Assembly (NCBI GenBank): GCA_002478685.1
Contig: DLPY01000057.1
Coordinates: 1-60,629, forward strand
Origin: Flavobacteriaceae bacterium UBA7446
Lineage (GTDB): Bacteria; Bacteroidota; Bacteroidia; Flavobacteriales; Flavobacteriaceae
Length of the DNA: 60,629 nt
Direction of reading: 5' to 3'
Of the stretch, positions 1-9,537 are shown piece by piece. The notes under the pieces are model-generated. The model saw only the letters and a list, made by a program, of their open reading frames with translations, did no database searches and was not told the DNA's origin. The position numbers were made by a program, and so were the translations under genes. The stretch's first letter is position 1. Each line of letters starts with the position of its first letter.

Positions 1-2
1 GG

Positions 3-494
3 GATAGAACCATTATTGGACAAACAGATCCAACTGAGCTTTGGGGATTCACTAATACATTTACGTACAAGAATTTAAGTTTAAGCTTTTTTGTTCATGG
101 AGTACATGGAGTAACCAAATCCAACGAGTTGTTTCAGGATGCCTCATCTTCATCTGGTGTAAGAAGAAATGTAATCTTGAAAAATTGGTGGACTCCTGAA
201 AACCCTACCAATGATTTTTACGCAAATGAATTAAATGCTCGTTTGATGCAGGGATTCACTGCTGAGCCCTATCAAGATGCTAGCTTCATCCGACTGAGAG
301 ACGTTACTCTTAGCTACGATATGCCAACGAAAATTTTAGATAAAATTGGACTAGGTCGCGCTACCGTCTATTTTACAGGTAGAAACCTTGCAACAATTAC
401 CAGTTGGAAAGAAACAGATCCTGAACTAGACTCAGGGCGTGGCACGATTCCACTACAGAAAGAGTTCGTGTTTGGAATTACTTTAACAAACTAA
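3..494 (+). CDS. SusC/RagA-family TonB-dependent outer membrane receptor, C-terminal end (5' truncated by window edge)
   Basis: The frame is open from base 3. The C-terminal beta-barrel sequence (..RLRDVTLSYDMP.., ..VYFTGRNLATIT.., terminal FGITLTN) is typical of SusC-like proteins. It is immediately followed by a SusD-like gene. Confidence 0.8.
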   Translation, partial: DRTIIGQTDPTELWGFTNTFTYKNLSLSFFVHGVHGVTKSNELFQDASSSSGVRRNVILKNWWTPENPTNDFYANELNARLMQGFTAEPYQDASFIRLRDVTLSYDMPTKILDKIGLGRATVYFTGRNLATITSWKETDPELDSGRGTIPLQKEFVFGITLTN

Positions 495-507
495 AATAAT
501 TATCATA

Positions 508-2160
508 ATGAATACTAAGAAAATAAAAATACTAGCAGCTGCCTTAATTATGGTGGCAACTTACACCTCGTGTGAAGAATCGCTTCTGAATGAGAATCCA
601 CCTAACATAGTTACATCTAGTTCACTTTTTGTGGATTATGAAGGGTTTGTTATTGCATTGAATGGAGCGTATGCTGAAGCACGTAGAGAAAAAGAGACCA
701 TTACGAGTTCTCAAACTATACAGCAAATGGCGCAGAATGGTACAGATAATCTAGTATCCAACCACCGGTCAAGTGGTTTTAATACAATTGCCGCAGAGTG
801 GAGAGATGTGAATAATCCAACTCAATCATTTTATGCTGATGTATTCACTTGGCTATACAGCATTGTGAATGCAACCAATTTAATTATTAACGAAGCTCAA
901 AATGGAGATAATGTAGATTGGTCGGCAGGACCAGGATCGGATATAGAAAATCAGCAGTTGGTAATCGCAGAAGCTCGTGCCCTTCGTGCTTGGGCGTATC
1001 GACACTTAACGTATGGTTGGGGAGATGTTCCATTAAATCTTGAGCCTTCAACAGGTGCTACCATTCGCTCTGATTGGACTAGAACGCCGGTTGGACAAGT
1101 ACGCGAACAGATGATTGCTGATTGGATTTTTGCGGAACAACATATTTCTGTCGAGCCAAGACAATCCGGTACCTTAACCAAAGGCGCTATACAGCATTAT
1201 CTCTCGGAGATGTACTTAGTCGAAAACAAAGCAGATAGCGCATTATACTGGGCGAACAAGGTTATAGATGAGCCTGCTTATGAACTCAATACGAGTCGCT
1301 ACGGTGTAAATGCTAATAAGCCTGGCATAGTTTTTATGGATATGTTTACCGACGGGAATATCAATAGAAATGAAGGAAATAAGGAAGCCCTTTGGGTATT
1401 TAATTACGAGCGAAATACTATCGGTGGTGGTGGAAACAACAATTCTAGAAGAGATCACCACAGCCGCTATGTGAATATTAAAGTTGGAGACGTTAACCCT
1501 CTTAAAGTAACAGAAAGTCGGGGAGGACGAGGATTTGGAAGAAACTCATTGACTAAATGGGCTATTGAAAATTGGACTCCTGAGGATGATAGAGGTTCAC
1601 ATTTCGCGATTCGTAAGTTTTTCATTCTTACAGAAGGTGTAGATGATTTACCTTCAGGATTAAAATACGGAGATACGATCCATTTAGATTTTAGTGAGGA
1701 TATTTCCACCGAAAGTAATAGCCGTAAGAATTGGCCATGGTGCAAAAAAGTTGACTGGACAGACCCAATGGATGTAGGAGTAAGAGAAAGCTTTAAAGAC
1801 TTTCTCTATTTGAGACTTGCTGAGACTTATTTATTGAGAGCTGAGGCACAGCTAAAGTTAGGTCAAAAAGCGGAGGCTGCTGAGTCAATTAACATTATTA
1901 GAAGAAGAGCTAACGCAAACGAGATTACTGCAGGTGATGTAGACATCGATTTTATTTTAGATGAGCGTTCACGTGAGTTGGTGACTGAGGAACATCGCAG
2001 ATACACTTTACTAAGAACCAACAAGTGGTTAGAGCGTACGTCGCTTTACAATGCTAGAGGAGGACAGTATGTTGCTGAAAAGGATAAACTATTCCCAATC
2101 CCTCAAGTAGTAATTGATGCAAACCTAAATCAAGATATGCCAAATAACCCTGGCTATTAA
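508..2160 (+). CDS. SusD/RagB-family nutrient-binding outer membrane lipoprotein
   Basis: 550 aa with a lipoprotein signal (..MVATYTSC). Typical SusD features include TPR-like helices, LRAEAQLKLG and ERSRELVTEEHRRYTLLR motifs. It sits 13 nt downstream of the SusC-like gene. Confidence 0.9.
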   Translation: MNTKKIKILAAALIMVATYTSCEESLLNENPPNIVTSSSLFVDYEGFVIALNGAYAEARREKETITSSQTIQQMAQNGTDNLVSNHRSSGFNTIAAEWRDVNNPTQSFYADVFTWLYSIVNATNLIINEAQNGDNVDWSAGPGSDIENQQLVIAEARALRAWAYRHLTYGWGDVPLNLEPSTGATIRSDWTRTPVGQVREQMIADWIFAEQHISVEPRQSGTLTKGAIQHYLSEMYLVENKADSALYWANKVIDEPAYELNTSRYGVNANKPGIVFMDMFTDGNINRNEGNKEALWVFNYERNTIGGGGNNNSRRDHHSRYVNIKVGDVNPLKVTESRGGRGFGRNSLTKWAIENWTPEDDRGSHFAIRKFFILTEGVDDLPSGLKYGDTIHLDFSEDISTESNSRKNWPWCKKVDWTDPMDVGVRESFKDFLYLRLAETYLLRAEAQLKLGQKAEAAESINIIRRRANANEITAGDVDIDFILDERSRELVTEEHRRYTLLRTNKWLERTSLYNARGGQYVAEKDKLFPIPQVVIDANLNQDMPNNPGY

Positions 2161-2184
2161 TAATCAAATTAATTTTACATATTG

Positions 2185-2220
2185 GCCAGTCGACTCTTTT
2201 ACTAAGTCGACTGGCTTTTA
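2185..2220 (+). terminator. Intrinsic terminator after the susD-like gene
   Basis: Perfect 10-bp stem GCCAGTCGAC / GTCGACTGGC with an 11-nt loop, followed by TTTTA. Confidence 0.6.
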
Positions 2221-2231
2221 TCAATAATTAC

Positions 2232-3146
2232 ATGAGAAATCTAATTTTTATTATAGTTGTTTTTACTGCTTTAACACCAACATTGGCACAGTCCAATGAT
2301 GCAGACTTTTCGTTCATCTTTATGACCGATATCCACTATCAAACCAAGCGCGGAGCAAATGAAGCCTTTCAGATTGCTATCGACTCTGCAAACCAAACGA
2401 ATGCGGACTTTGTACTTACTGGCGGCGATTTAGTTTACGATGTATTGCGTGGTAATTATAAAAAATCTGAGGAGCTTTTTATTGGCTATAAAGAAGCCGT
2501 CAAAGGATTTAATATGCCGGTTTACCACTGTATAGGTAACCACGAATTATTTGCCATTTATGAAGAAAGCCCTGAAGATTCGACTCATCCAGACTATAAA
2601 TATGGGATGTTTGAGCGTCATTTAGGTAAAACATATTATTCTTTTGATCATAAGGGTTGGCATTTCATTGTGCTCAATTCAATTGACGTAGTTGGAAAAA
2701 AATATATTGGTATGGTGCACAAAGAACAATTGGATTGGCTGAGACAAGATCTTGCTAAGGTTGACAAAAAAACTCCTATCGCAATAGCCATGCACATTCC
2801 ACTTGTAAGTACGTATAGAGAAATTTACCCCAAAAAGCCGATAACGGAAGTGCCCAATAATATTTGGATTTACAATCGAAAAGAGGTACTTGATGCTTTT
2901 AAAGACCACAATCTTAAGCTGGCCCTCCAAGGACACATGCACTGGATTGAAGATTTAAATATTCAAAATAGAACACGCTTTATTACTGGAGGTTCAATAG
3001 CTGGCCGACCTAGTTGGAGAAGAGTAGATGACAGAGGAGACGGTATTTATTACAACGAAGAAGGTTTTATGCTGATAAATGTAAAAGGAGAAGAAATCGA
3101 TTGGGAGTACATTGATATAGGTTGGAAAGCAAGGGCCAATAAGTAA
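2232..3146 (+). CDS. Calcineurin-like metallophosphoesterase, secreted
   Basis: 304 aa with an N-terminal signal peptide. Metallophosphoesterase motifs are present: DIH, GGDLV, GNHE, and GHMH near the C-terminus. Confidence 0.8.
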   Translation: MRNLIFIIVVFTALTPTLAQSNDADFSFIFMTDIHYQTKRGANEAFQIAIDSANQTNADFVLTGGDLVYDVLRGNYKKSEELFIGYKEAVKGFNMPVYHCIGNHELFAIYEESPEDSTHPDYKYGMFERHLGKTYYSFDHKGWHFIVLNSIDVVGKKYIGMVHKEQLDWLRQDLAKVDKKTPIAIAMHIPLVSTYREIYPKKPITEVPNNIWIYNRKEVLDAFKDHNLKLALQGHMHWIEDLNIQNRTRFITGGSIAGRPSWRRVDDRGDGIYYNEEGFMLINVKGEEIDWEYIDIGWKARANK

Positions 3147-3244
3147 AAGTTGTTTTTAATTAACACTAATTTTCTTAATAATTTTCCAAAAGCCAATTGT
3201 CCCAAAAAAAGCAGTATATGTAATTTTCAAACAAATCTATTTTA

Positions 3245-3252
3245 TATATTTG
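3245..3252 (+). promoter_or_regulatory. Bacteroidota -7 promoter box TAtaTTTG for tRNA-Val
   Basis: Exact match to TAnnTTTG, 15 nt upstream of the tRNA 5' end. Confidence 0.45.
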
Positions 3253-3266
3253 CAGCCTTTGGAGGG

Positions 3267-3341
3267 GGGCGCGTAGCTCAGTTGGTTCAGAGCACTTGGT
3301 TTACACCCAAGGGGTCAGGGGTTCGAATCCCTTCGCGCCCA
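3267..3341 (+). tRNA. tRNA-Val (anticodon TAC)
   Basis: Hand-folded cloverleaf. Acceptor GGGCGCG/CGCGCCC, D arm GCTC..GAGC, anticodon stem CTTGG/CCAAG with loop TTTACAC, T arm AGGGG-TTCGAAT-CCCTT. No encoded CCA. Confidence 0.9.
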
Positions 3342-3349
3342 CATCAAAC

Positions 3350-3386
3350 AAAATCCTGATGCATTGCATTGGGATTTTTGTTTTTT
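3350..3386 (+). terminator. Putative terminator after tRNA-Val
   Basis: AAAATCC ... GGGATTTT stem followed by a T-run (TTTTTGTTTTTT). Confidence 0.4.
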
Positions 3387-3419
3387 AATATCTCTTAAAG
3401 TCCCTTTTAATTATTACAA

Positions 3420-3427
3420 TATCTTTG
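3420..3427 (+). promoter_or_regulatory. -7 promoter box TAtcTTTG for glmS
   Basis: Exact TAnnTTTG, 33 nt upstream of the glmS ATG. Confidence 0.4.
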
Positions 3428-3459
3428 TAACAGTTTAGGTTTTATCAAAAACAACAACT

Positions 3460-5304
3460 ATGTGTGGAATTGTAGGATATATTGGTCATAGGGATGCATA
3501 TCCCATCATTATTAAAGGACTTAAACGTCTTGAATACAGAGGATACGACAGCGCTGGAATTACCCTTTATGGTAATGGGTCACAACTTGTAAAAACCAAA
3601 GGGAAAGTTTCTGACTTGGAAGAACTTGTTATAGTTGAAAAGGCGCAAGGAAACACGTTGGGGCTTGGGCATACGCGCTGGGCAACTCACGGTAGTCCCT
3701 CAAACGTTAACTCCCATCCACATACCTCAAATTCGGGTAATATTTCTATTGTTCACAACGGTATTATTGAGAATTATGCCTCTATAAAAAAGATATTAAC
3801 AGATAACGGATTTAGCTTTTCATCTGAAACAGACACCGAAGTTTTGGTCAACCTTATCGAGTTTATTAAAATATCACAAAATGTTAAAATTGGACAAGCG
3901 GTGCAAATTGCGCTAACCCAAGTGGTGGGTGCCTATGCGATTGCAGTGTTCGACAATGAAAGACCACACGAAATTGTAGTTGCTAAACTTGGAAGTCCAC
4001 TGGCTATTGGTATTGGAAAAGACGAGTATTTTATTGCTTCGGACGCATCTCCTTTTATTGAATACACAAAGCGCACCATTTATTTGGAAGACAATGAGAT
4101 GGCGGTTATTTCTAGAAAAAAAGGGTTTAAGATGTATTCTATTACGAGTGATACCGTTGTAACACCTAAGATTCAAGAGATTCAATTGTCGTTAGAAAAA
4201 ATTGAAAAAGGTGGTTTTGATCACTTTATGCTAAAGGAAATTAACGAGCAACCCAATGCCATAAGTGATACGTTTAGAGGGCGTTTGCTTGTGGAAGACC
4301 AAAAAATAAACATCGCGGGAATTGAGCAGCATTTATATGTTTTTAAACAGGCAGAACGCATTACCATTGTTGCTTGTGGTACGTCTTGGCATGCGGGTCT
4401 TGTGGCTGAGTATTTGTTTGAAGACGCCGCCCGTATTCCTGTTGAAGTGGAATATGCTTCGGAATTTCGTTACCGAAATCCAGTAATCCACAAAGGCGAT
4501 GTGGTTATTGCCATTTCACAATCGGGTGAAACAGCAGACACCTTGGCTGCAATTAAGCTTGCCAAAGAAAATGGTGCATTTGTTTTTGGTATTTGCAATG
4601 TGGTAGGCTCGTCAATCGCTAGAGAAACCGACTCTGGTGCATACACCCATGCAGGCCCTGAAATTGGCGTAGCATCTACCAAGGCGTTTACCACACAGCT
4701 TACCGTAATTACTATGATGGCTTTGCGTTTAGGACAGCTTAAAGGAACCATTGACAAGGAGAATTTTGATAGAGTAGCCTCGCAATTGGTAGCCCTTCCA
4801 AAACAGATCAAAAACCTACTTAAGTTTGACAAACAGATCCAAAAAATTGCTGCTGCATACAAAGACGCTACAAACTTTTTGTATTTAGGCAGGGGATATA
4901 ATTTCCCAGCTGCACTGGAAGGCGCATTAAAACTGAAAGAAATATCTTATATCCACGCTGAGGGCTATCCAGCTGCTGAGATGAAACACGGTCCCATTGC
5001 ACTTATTGATGAGAACATGCCCGTAGTGGTAATTGCCACCAACAAGGGGCACTACGAAAAAATTGTCAGCAACATTCAAGAGATAAAGTCGAGGAATGCT
5101 AAAATTATTTCAATAGTGACTAAGGGAGACGAAAGTGTAAAACTACTTTCCGACCATGTGTTTGAAATCCCTGAAGTTACTGAGGCGTTGGTGCCTATTT
5201 TAGCTTCGGTTCCGCTACAGTTGTTGTCGTATCATATTGCTGTAATGCGTGGTTGTAACGTTGATCAACCCAGAAATTTGGCAAAGTCGGTTACAGTAGA
5301 GTAA
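3460..5304 (+). CDS. glmS: Glutamine--fructose-6-phosphate aminotransferase (isomerizing)
   Basis: 614 aa. N-terminal MCGIVGY with catalytic Cys2, two SIS domains, and the C-terminal ..AKSVTVE signature. Confidence 0.97.
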   Translation: MCGIVGYIGHRDAYPIIIKGLKRLEYRGYDSAGITLYGNGSQLVKTKGKVSDLEELVIVEKAQGNTLGLGHTRWATHGSPSNVNSHPHTSNSGNISIVHNGIIENYASIKKILTDNGFSFSSETDTEVLVNLIEFIKISQNVKIGQAVQIALTQVVGAYAIAVFDNERPHEIVVAKLGSPLAIGIGKDEYFIASDASPFIEYTKRTIYLEDNEMAVISRKKGFKMYSITSDTVVTPKIQEIQLSLEKIEKGGFDHFMLKEINEQPNAISDTFRGRLLVEDQKINIAGIEQHLYVFKQAERITIVACGTSWHAGLVAEYLFEDAARIPVEVEYASEFRYRNPVIHKGDVVIAISQSGETADTLAAIKLAKENGAFVFGICNVVGSSIARETDSGAYTHAGPEIGVASTKAFTTQLTVITMMALRLGQLKGTIDKENFDRVASQLVALPKQIKNLLKFDKQIQKIAAAYKDATNFLYLGRGYNFPAALEGALKLKEISYIHAEGYPAAEMKHGPIALIDENMPVVVIATNKGHYEKIVSNIQEIKSRNAKIISIVTKGDESVKLLSDHVFEIPEVTEALVPILASVPLQLLSYHIAVMRGCNVDQPRNLAKSVTVE

Positions 5305-5352
5305 GGACAGCCTAAAATTACATCTTTCAAAAGAAGATTGTATCTTACCACT

Positions 5353-7221
5353 ATGCAACCCAAAACACCTTCACGACTTCGTTTATACACTGCTTTTTTG
5401 CAGCAATCCTATGGGCTAAGTTTCCCTGATTACGACAGCCTGCATCAGTGGAGTATTACTGAACAAGGTGAATTTTGGGAAAGCATTACCCGCTTTTTTG
5501 ATGTTGATTTTGATACGGCTTACCAAGACGTTTTTGTCCCAGAAACTCATTTTTGGGAAACCAAATGGTTTAGGGGTGCTACGCTGAATTACGCGCAACA
5601 TATTTTTAAACACGCTACCACTAAACGTCCTGCTTTGGTGTTTCAAAATGAGGCAGGAAAATTTTTCGAAATTAGTTGGGCACAGCTTATTGCGAAAACA
5701 TTTACACTGCAGCAAGAACTTGTTCATCAGGGTGTTACTAAAGGAGACGCGATAGTTTGCTTTGGCACAAATAGCCCCGAAACAATAGCGGCATTTTTAG
5801 CAACCAATGCGTTGGGTGCGGTGTGGTCATCTTGTTCGCCAGATTTTGGTACCCACGCCGTTTGCGAACGCTTTTCGCAGCTCCAACCCAAAGTGCTCTT
5901 TGCGCATCGTGCATACCAATATAATGGAAAGCAGCACGATTGTATGACGCGTATAGCTGAAATCCAAAAACAGATACCTTCTATTCAGCACACCATTTTT
6001 TTGGATGCGCATTCTGCTTTTGACGATGCACCAAAAACGATAAACGATATCGCCTTTACTTCCGTGTCTTTTTCTTCACCAATTTGGGTGTTGTTTTCAT
6101 CAGGCACTACAGGCAAACCAAAAGCCTTGGTGCACGGTACAGGACACATGCTTTTGGAGCATCTAAAAGCCCTTGGATTGCATCAAAATGTTTGTGAGGG
6201 CGACCGCTATTTTTGGTATTCCACCACAGGCTGGATGATGTGGAATTATGCGCTGAGTAGCCTGCTTTGCGGGGCAACGCTTTGTCTATATCAAGGGGCA
6301 CCAAATTACCCTACAAAAGATGCGTTATGGCACTTTGCCAATAAGGCAAAAATCAATCATTTTGGTGGCGGAGCCGTGTATTTTCAGCTACAAATGGAAC
6401 AACCCTCGAAGTATGTGCAATCAACCGATTTTGCTTCATTAAAAACCATTGGATCTACAGGCTCACCGATGTCAGCGGAGGTGTGTAAACAGTTGCAGCA
6501 GCAGTTTCCAAAAACCCAAATTATTTCCCTAAGTGGCGGCACGGACGTATGCACGGCTTTTGTGGGTGGTCATCCCGACTTGCCCGTTACACCTGGAGAA
6601 ATCCAATGCAAAATGCTGGGTGCCGCCGTGGAGGTTTGGGATGCTGACGGACATGCAGTAATTGAAAAGGCAGGAGAATTAGTCCTTAGCGCACCGCTGC
6701 TTTCCATGCCGCTTTATTTGCTTAATGATTCAAATTTTTCGCGCTATAAGCAAAGCTATTTTTCAATTTTTGAAACCGTTTGGAGTCATGGCGACTGGGC
6801 AATGGAAACAAAAAACGGAGGAGTTGTTATTTATGGGCGTTCGGACGCAACCCTAAACCGATTTGGTGTACGCATTGGCACTGCAGAAATTTATGCTGCA
6901 TTGGCGCAATATACAGGGGTGGAAGACGCTCTTGTAGTACATATTCAAGATGAAAAGACAGATAAGTTGATTTTATTTGTTCAGTCGAATACAACTTTGA
7001 AATTAGAAGATATTAAGGCATATATTCGAAATACTTGTTCGCCTCGTCATGTGCCCGATTTCATGTATCTTGTTCCTGAGATTCCATACACGATTAGTGG
7101 AAAAAAAGTAGAAATTCCTGTAAAACGCCTGCTGCAAGGAGAAAAATTGGAGGATGTGGTTTCTTTGGATGTGTTACGAAATCCAAATGCCATGCAATGG
7201 TTCTTAAAACAATTTGGTTGA
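5353..7221 (+). CDS. Acetoacetate-CoA ligase (acetoacetyl-CoA synthetase), AMP-forming
   Basis: About 622 aa. It has an ANL superfamily AMP-binding motif (FSSGTTGKPK) and overall acetoacetyl-CoA synthetase-like architecture. An alternative TTG start exists at 5338. Confidence 0.8.
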   Translation: MQPKTPSRLRLYTAFLQQSYGLSFPDYDSLHQWSITEQGEFWESITRFFDVDFDTAYQDVFVPETHFWETKWFRGATLNYAQHIFKHATTKRPALVFQNEAGKFFEISWAQLIAKTFTLQQELVHQGVTKGDAIVCFGTNSPETIAAFLATNALGAVWSSCSPDFGTHAVCERFSQLQPKVLFAHRAYQYNGKQHDCMTRIAEIQKQIPSIQHTIFLDAHSAFDDAPKTINDIAFTSVSFSSPIWVLFSSGTTGKPKALVHGTGHMLLEHLKALGLHQNVCEGDRYFWYSTTGWMMWNYALSSLLCGATLCLYQGAPNYPTKDALWHFANKAKINHFGGGAVYFQLQMEQPSKYVQSTDFASLKTIGSTGSPMSAEVCKQLQQQFPKTQIISLSGGTDVCTAFVGGHPDLPVTPGEIQCKMLGAAVEVWDADGHAVIEKAGELVLSAPLLSMPLYLLNDSNFSRYKQSYFSIFETVWSHGDWAMETKNGGVVIYGRSDATLNRFGVRIGTAEIYAALAQYTGVEDALVVHIQDEKTDKLILFVQSNTTLKLEDIKAYIRNTCSPRHVPDFMYLVPEIPYTISGKKVEIPVKRLLQGEKLEDVVSLDVLRNPNAMQWFLKQFG

Positions 7222-7255
7222 ATATATTTGAAGGGTTTTATCGGCATAAAACAAT

Positions 7256-8629
7256 ATGGTCGAAGCGTTAAAAAATATAGTAGGATTAGAGAATGTGTTG
7301 CACGATGGTGCTGAAAAAGCACGCTTTTCACATATTTGGGCTACCGATATTCCATTGGTTGCCAAGGGAGTTGTTTTTCCACAAACTACAGAACAAGTCT
7401 CAGAAGCATTAAAACTATTTAATTCGCATGGACAAGAAGTGGTTATCCATGGCGGTTTGACAAATTTGGTTGGTGGCACCCAAACCACATCGAATCAATG
7501 GGTTTTGTCGTTAGAAAAAATGAATGTCATTGAGGAGATGGACGAATCAGCCAAAACCATAACCGCCCAAGCAGGTGTTATTTTGGAGCAACTCATAGAA
7601 ACAGCGGCACAAAAAAATCTTTTTTTACCCTTGAATTTTGGTGCAAAAGGCTCTGCTCAAATTGGGGGTGTAATTGCTACAAATGCCGGTGGAATGCGTG
7701 TTTTTAGATACGGTATGACGCGGACATTGGTTTTAGGCTTGGAAGTGGTGTTGCCCACAGGAACGGTTATCTCATCGTTAAAAAAAATCATAAAAGACAA
7801 TTCAGGATATGACCTCAAACAGCTATTTATAGGTGCTGAAGGAACATTGGGCGTTATTACTAAAGCCTGCTTGAGACTATATGAACAACCGACCTCTCGT
7901 TATGCCGCTCTTGTTGGGGTGCAAAGCTTCCAAGAGGTGGTTTCACTACTTCGGTTGATGGACAAAAATCTCTCTGGAAATTTGAGTAGCTTCGAATTGA
8001 TGTGGAACGCCACATATTGTGCTGCTACAAGTGTAAATATAGCACAAAAGTCACCACTTCCTCAAGATTATCCATTCTATGTTTTTATTGAAAGTTTGGG
8101 TAACGATTTGGCAGATGACTATGTTTTATTTGAAGGTGGATTGACGCGTGCTGCCGAAAAAAAAATAATTGTGGATGCTGTCTTGGCACAATCAAAGCGA
8201 GAGGTGGAAAAGCTGTGGAGCATAAGAGAGGACACGCACATATTAAGACAATCTTTTGTTGCCACTCAGCATTTTGATATTAGTTTGCCCATTAGCGTAA
8301 TGGATGCCGAAGTGGCTTCCATTGTGGCTGATTTAGAAGCATTTCCTTTTGTAGAGCGTGTTTTGCCCTTTGGACATATAGTTGATGGCAATATTCATTT
8401 GATAGTAGGTAAAAAAGATACTACGCAACAGAACTCAAAAAAAATCAATGCTATTGTTTACCGAAATCTAAAAAAACATTTGGGTTCTGTTTCTGCTGAA
8501 CACGGTATAGGATTAGATAAAAAGGATTACTTATACACCTCAAAAACTAGTCAAGAAATTGCATTAATGAAAACCTTAAAACAAACCCTTGATCCTAAAA
8601 ACATCCTTAATCCGAATCGGATTTTTTAA
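7256..8629 (+). CDS. FAD-binding oxidoreductase (FAD-linked oxidase, GlcD / D-2-hydroxyacid dehydrogenase family)
   Basis: 457 aa. It has an N-terminal FAD_binding_4-like region (..VVIHGGLTNLVGG..) and a C-terminal FAD-oxidase_C-like region (..SAEHGIGLDKK..LDPKNILNP). Confidence 0.85.
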   Translation: MVEALKNIVGLENVLHDGAEKARFSHIWATDIPLVAKGVVFPQTTEQVSEALKLFNSHGQEVVIHGGLTNLVGGTQTTSNQWVLSLEKMNVIEEMDESAKTITAQAGVILEQLIETAAQKNLFLPLNFGAKGSAQIGGVIATNAGGMRVFRYGMTRTLVLGLEVVLPTGTVISSLKKIIKDNSGYDLKQLFIGAEGTLGVITKACLRLYEQPTSRYAALVGVQSFQEVVSLLRLMDKNLSGNLSSFELMWNATYCAATSVNIAQKSPLPQDYPFYVFIESLGNDLADDYVLFEGGLTRAAEKKIIVDAVLAQSKREVEKLWSIREDTHILRQSFVATQHFDISLPISVMDAEVASIVADLEAFPFVERVLPFGHIVDGNIHLIVGKKDTTQQNSKKINAIVYRNLKKHLGSVSAEHGIGLDKKDYLYTSKTSQEIALMKTLKQTLDPKNILNPNRIF

Positions 8630-9537
8630 TCGTTACGGGTTGTTTGTTTTTGAAAGGTGCTTTCAAAAATTTTATTTGCATTGTTCGCTTCAAAGCCATC
8701 TCTACGGTGGATGCTTGAAAGTTCTTCCTTAGCCAAATGTGTAAACGCTGGTAGTACTGCGCGTTCTGCAAATTCCACATAGCTCCCTGCTATTTTGTGA
8801 TTTTCACCATCTGCAAATGTGCTGGTTACCATTTGGGCAACTGTGCTGCTTTGACGCAATAATCCATCGGCACTTGTTTTTATTTCTCCCCCAGTATTAT
8901 TTAGTCGAACACCCAAAGATTTTAAAAGTTCATTGAAAGATTCTAGTTTGTTATATGGCTTGGGTAACGCATGTACGCTAATGGTATAGTGGTTTAAATA
9001 ATATCTGTTGTACAATACCCATGCGCCATATTCACTAGTTGATAAAACAGAGTTATAGTCATACCATGTAGGAAGCTTCCAAAGCGGATGATGCAAAAAT
9101 TCAACAATAGCATTTGGGTCATTCAAATTAACATTGTCTAGGGGATCATGTGTAATGTTGTTGGTGTATTTTTTAATTATTTCAGATGCTTTTGGTGAAA
9201 GCTCGTCTACTCGAAGTTCACTAACAAAAACACGTGGATATTTTTCGGATGGAGGCTTATACCAATGCGCATCTAATTTTTTTTGTTCAAAAAAATATCT
9301 GTCTTGCCTTGTGTAACCGTGATATAAAAAAATGCGTTCCAGTGAGGCAATTCCTAGATTCGGAACTCCAAGGGTGCGAAAGGCAATATGATCATTAATA
9401 ATATCGGATTGGCCTTTGATCAATCCACTAGCAATCATACCAGAAGTAATGATGTTGACATCAGGAACACGTAAGGCGTAGGGAGTAAAAAGTCCGTTAA
9501 GGATAGTGTCTAGGGGAGTATTTGAGGTAAATTTCAT
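8626..9537 (-). CDS. DUF1338 family protein (HglS/YdcJ-like, putative 2-oxoadipate dioxygenase/decarboxylase)
   Basis: 303 aa. The motifs ..NDHIAFRT.., ..YHGY.., ..VFVSEL.. and ..YVEFAER.. are characteristic of the DUF1338 vicinal-oxygen-chelate fold as I recall it. Confidence 0.75.
   Translation of the reverse strand: MKFTSNTPLDTILNGLFTPYALRVPDVNIITSGMIASGLIKGQSDIINDHIAFRTLGVPNLGIASLERIFLYHGYTRQDRYFFEQKKLDAHWYKPPSEKYPRVFVSELRVDELSPKASEIIKKYTNNITHDPLDNVNLNDPNAIVEFLHHPLWKLPTWYDYNSVLSTSEYGAWVLYNRYYLNHYTISVHALPKPYNKLESFNELLKSLGVRLNNTGGEIKTSADGLLRQSSTVAQMVTSTFADGENHKIAGSYVEFAERAVLPAFTHLAKEELSSIHRRDGFEANNANKIFESTFQKQTTRND

Noticed and set aside
3150-3359. 69-aa ORF on the plus strand
   Set aside because: It runs straight through the tRNA-Val gene and its promoter and has low-complexity composition. 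It is an artefact of ORF calling.
3386-3459. glmS ribozyme/riboswitch upstream of glmS
   Set aside because: The leader is only about 30 nt after a plausible -7 box. It is AT-rich, with no room for the roughly 170-nt ribozyme, which is in any case mainly a Gram-positive feature.
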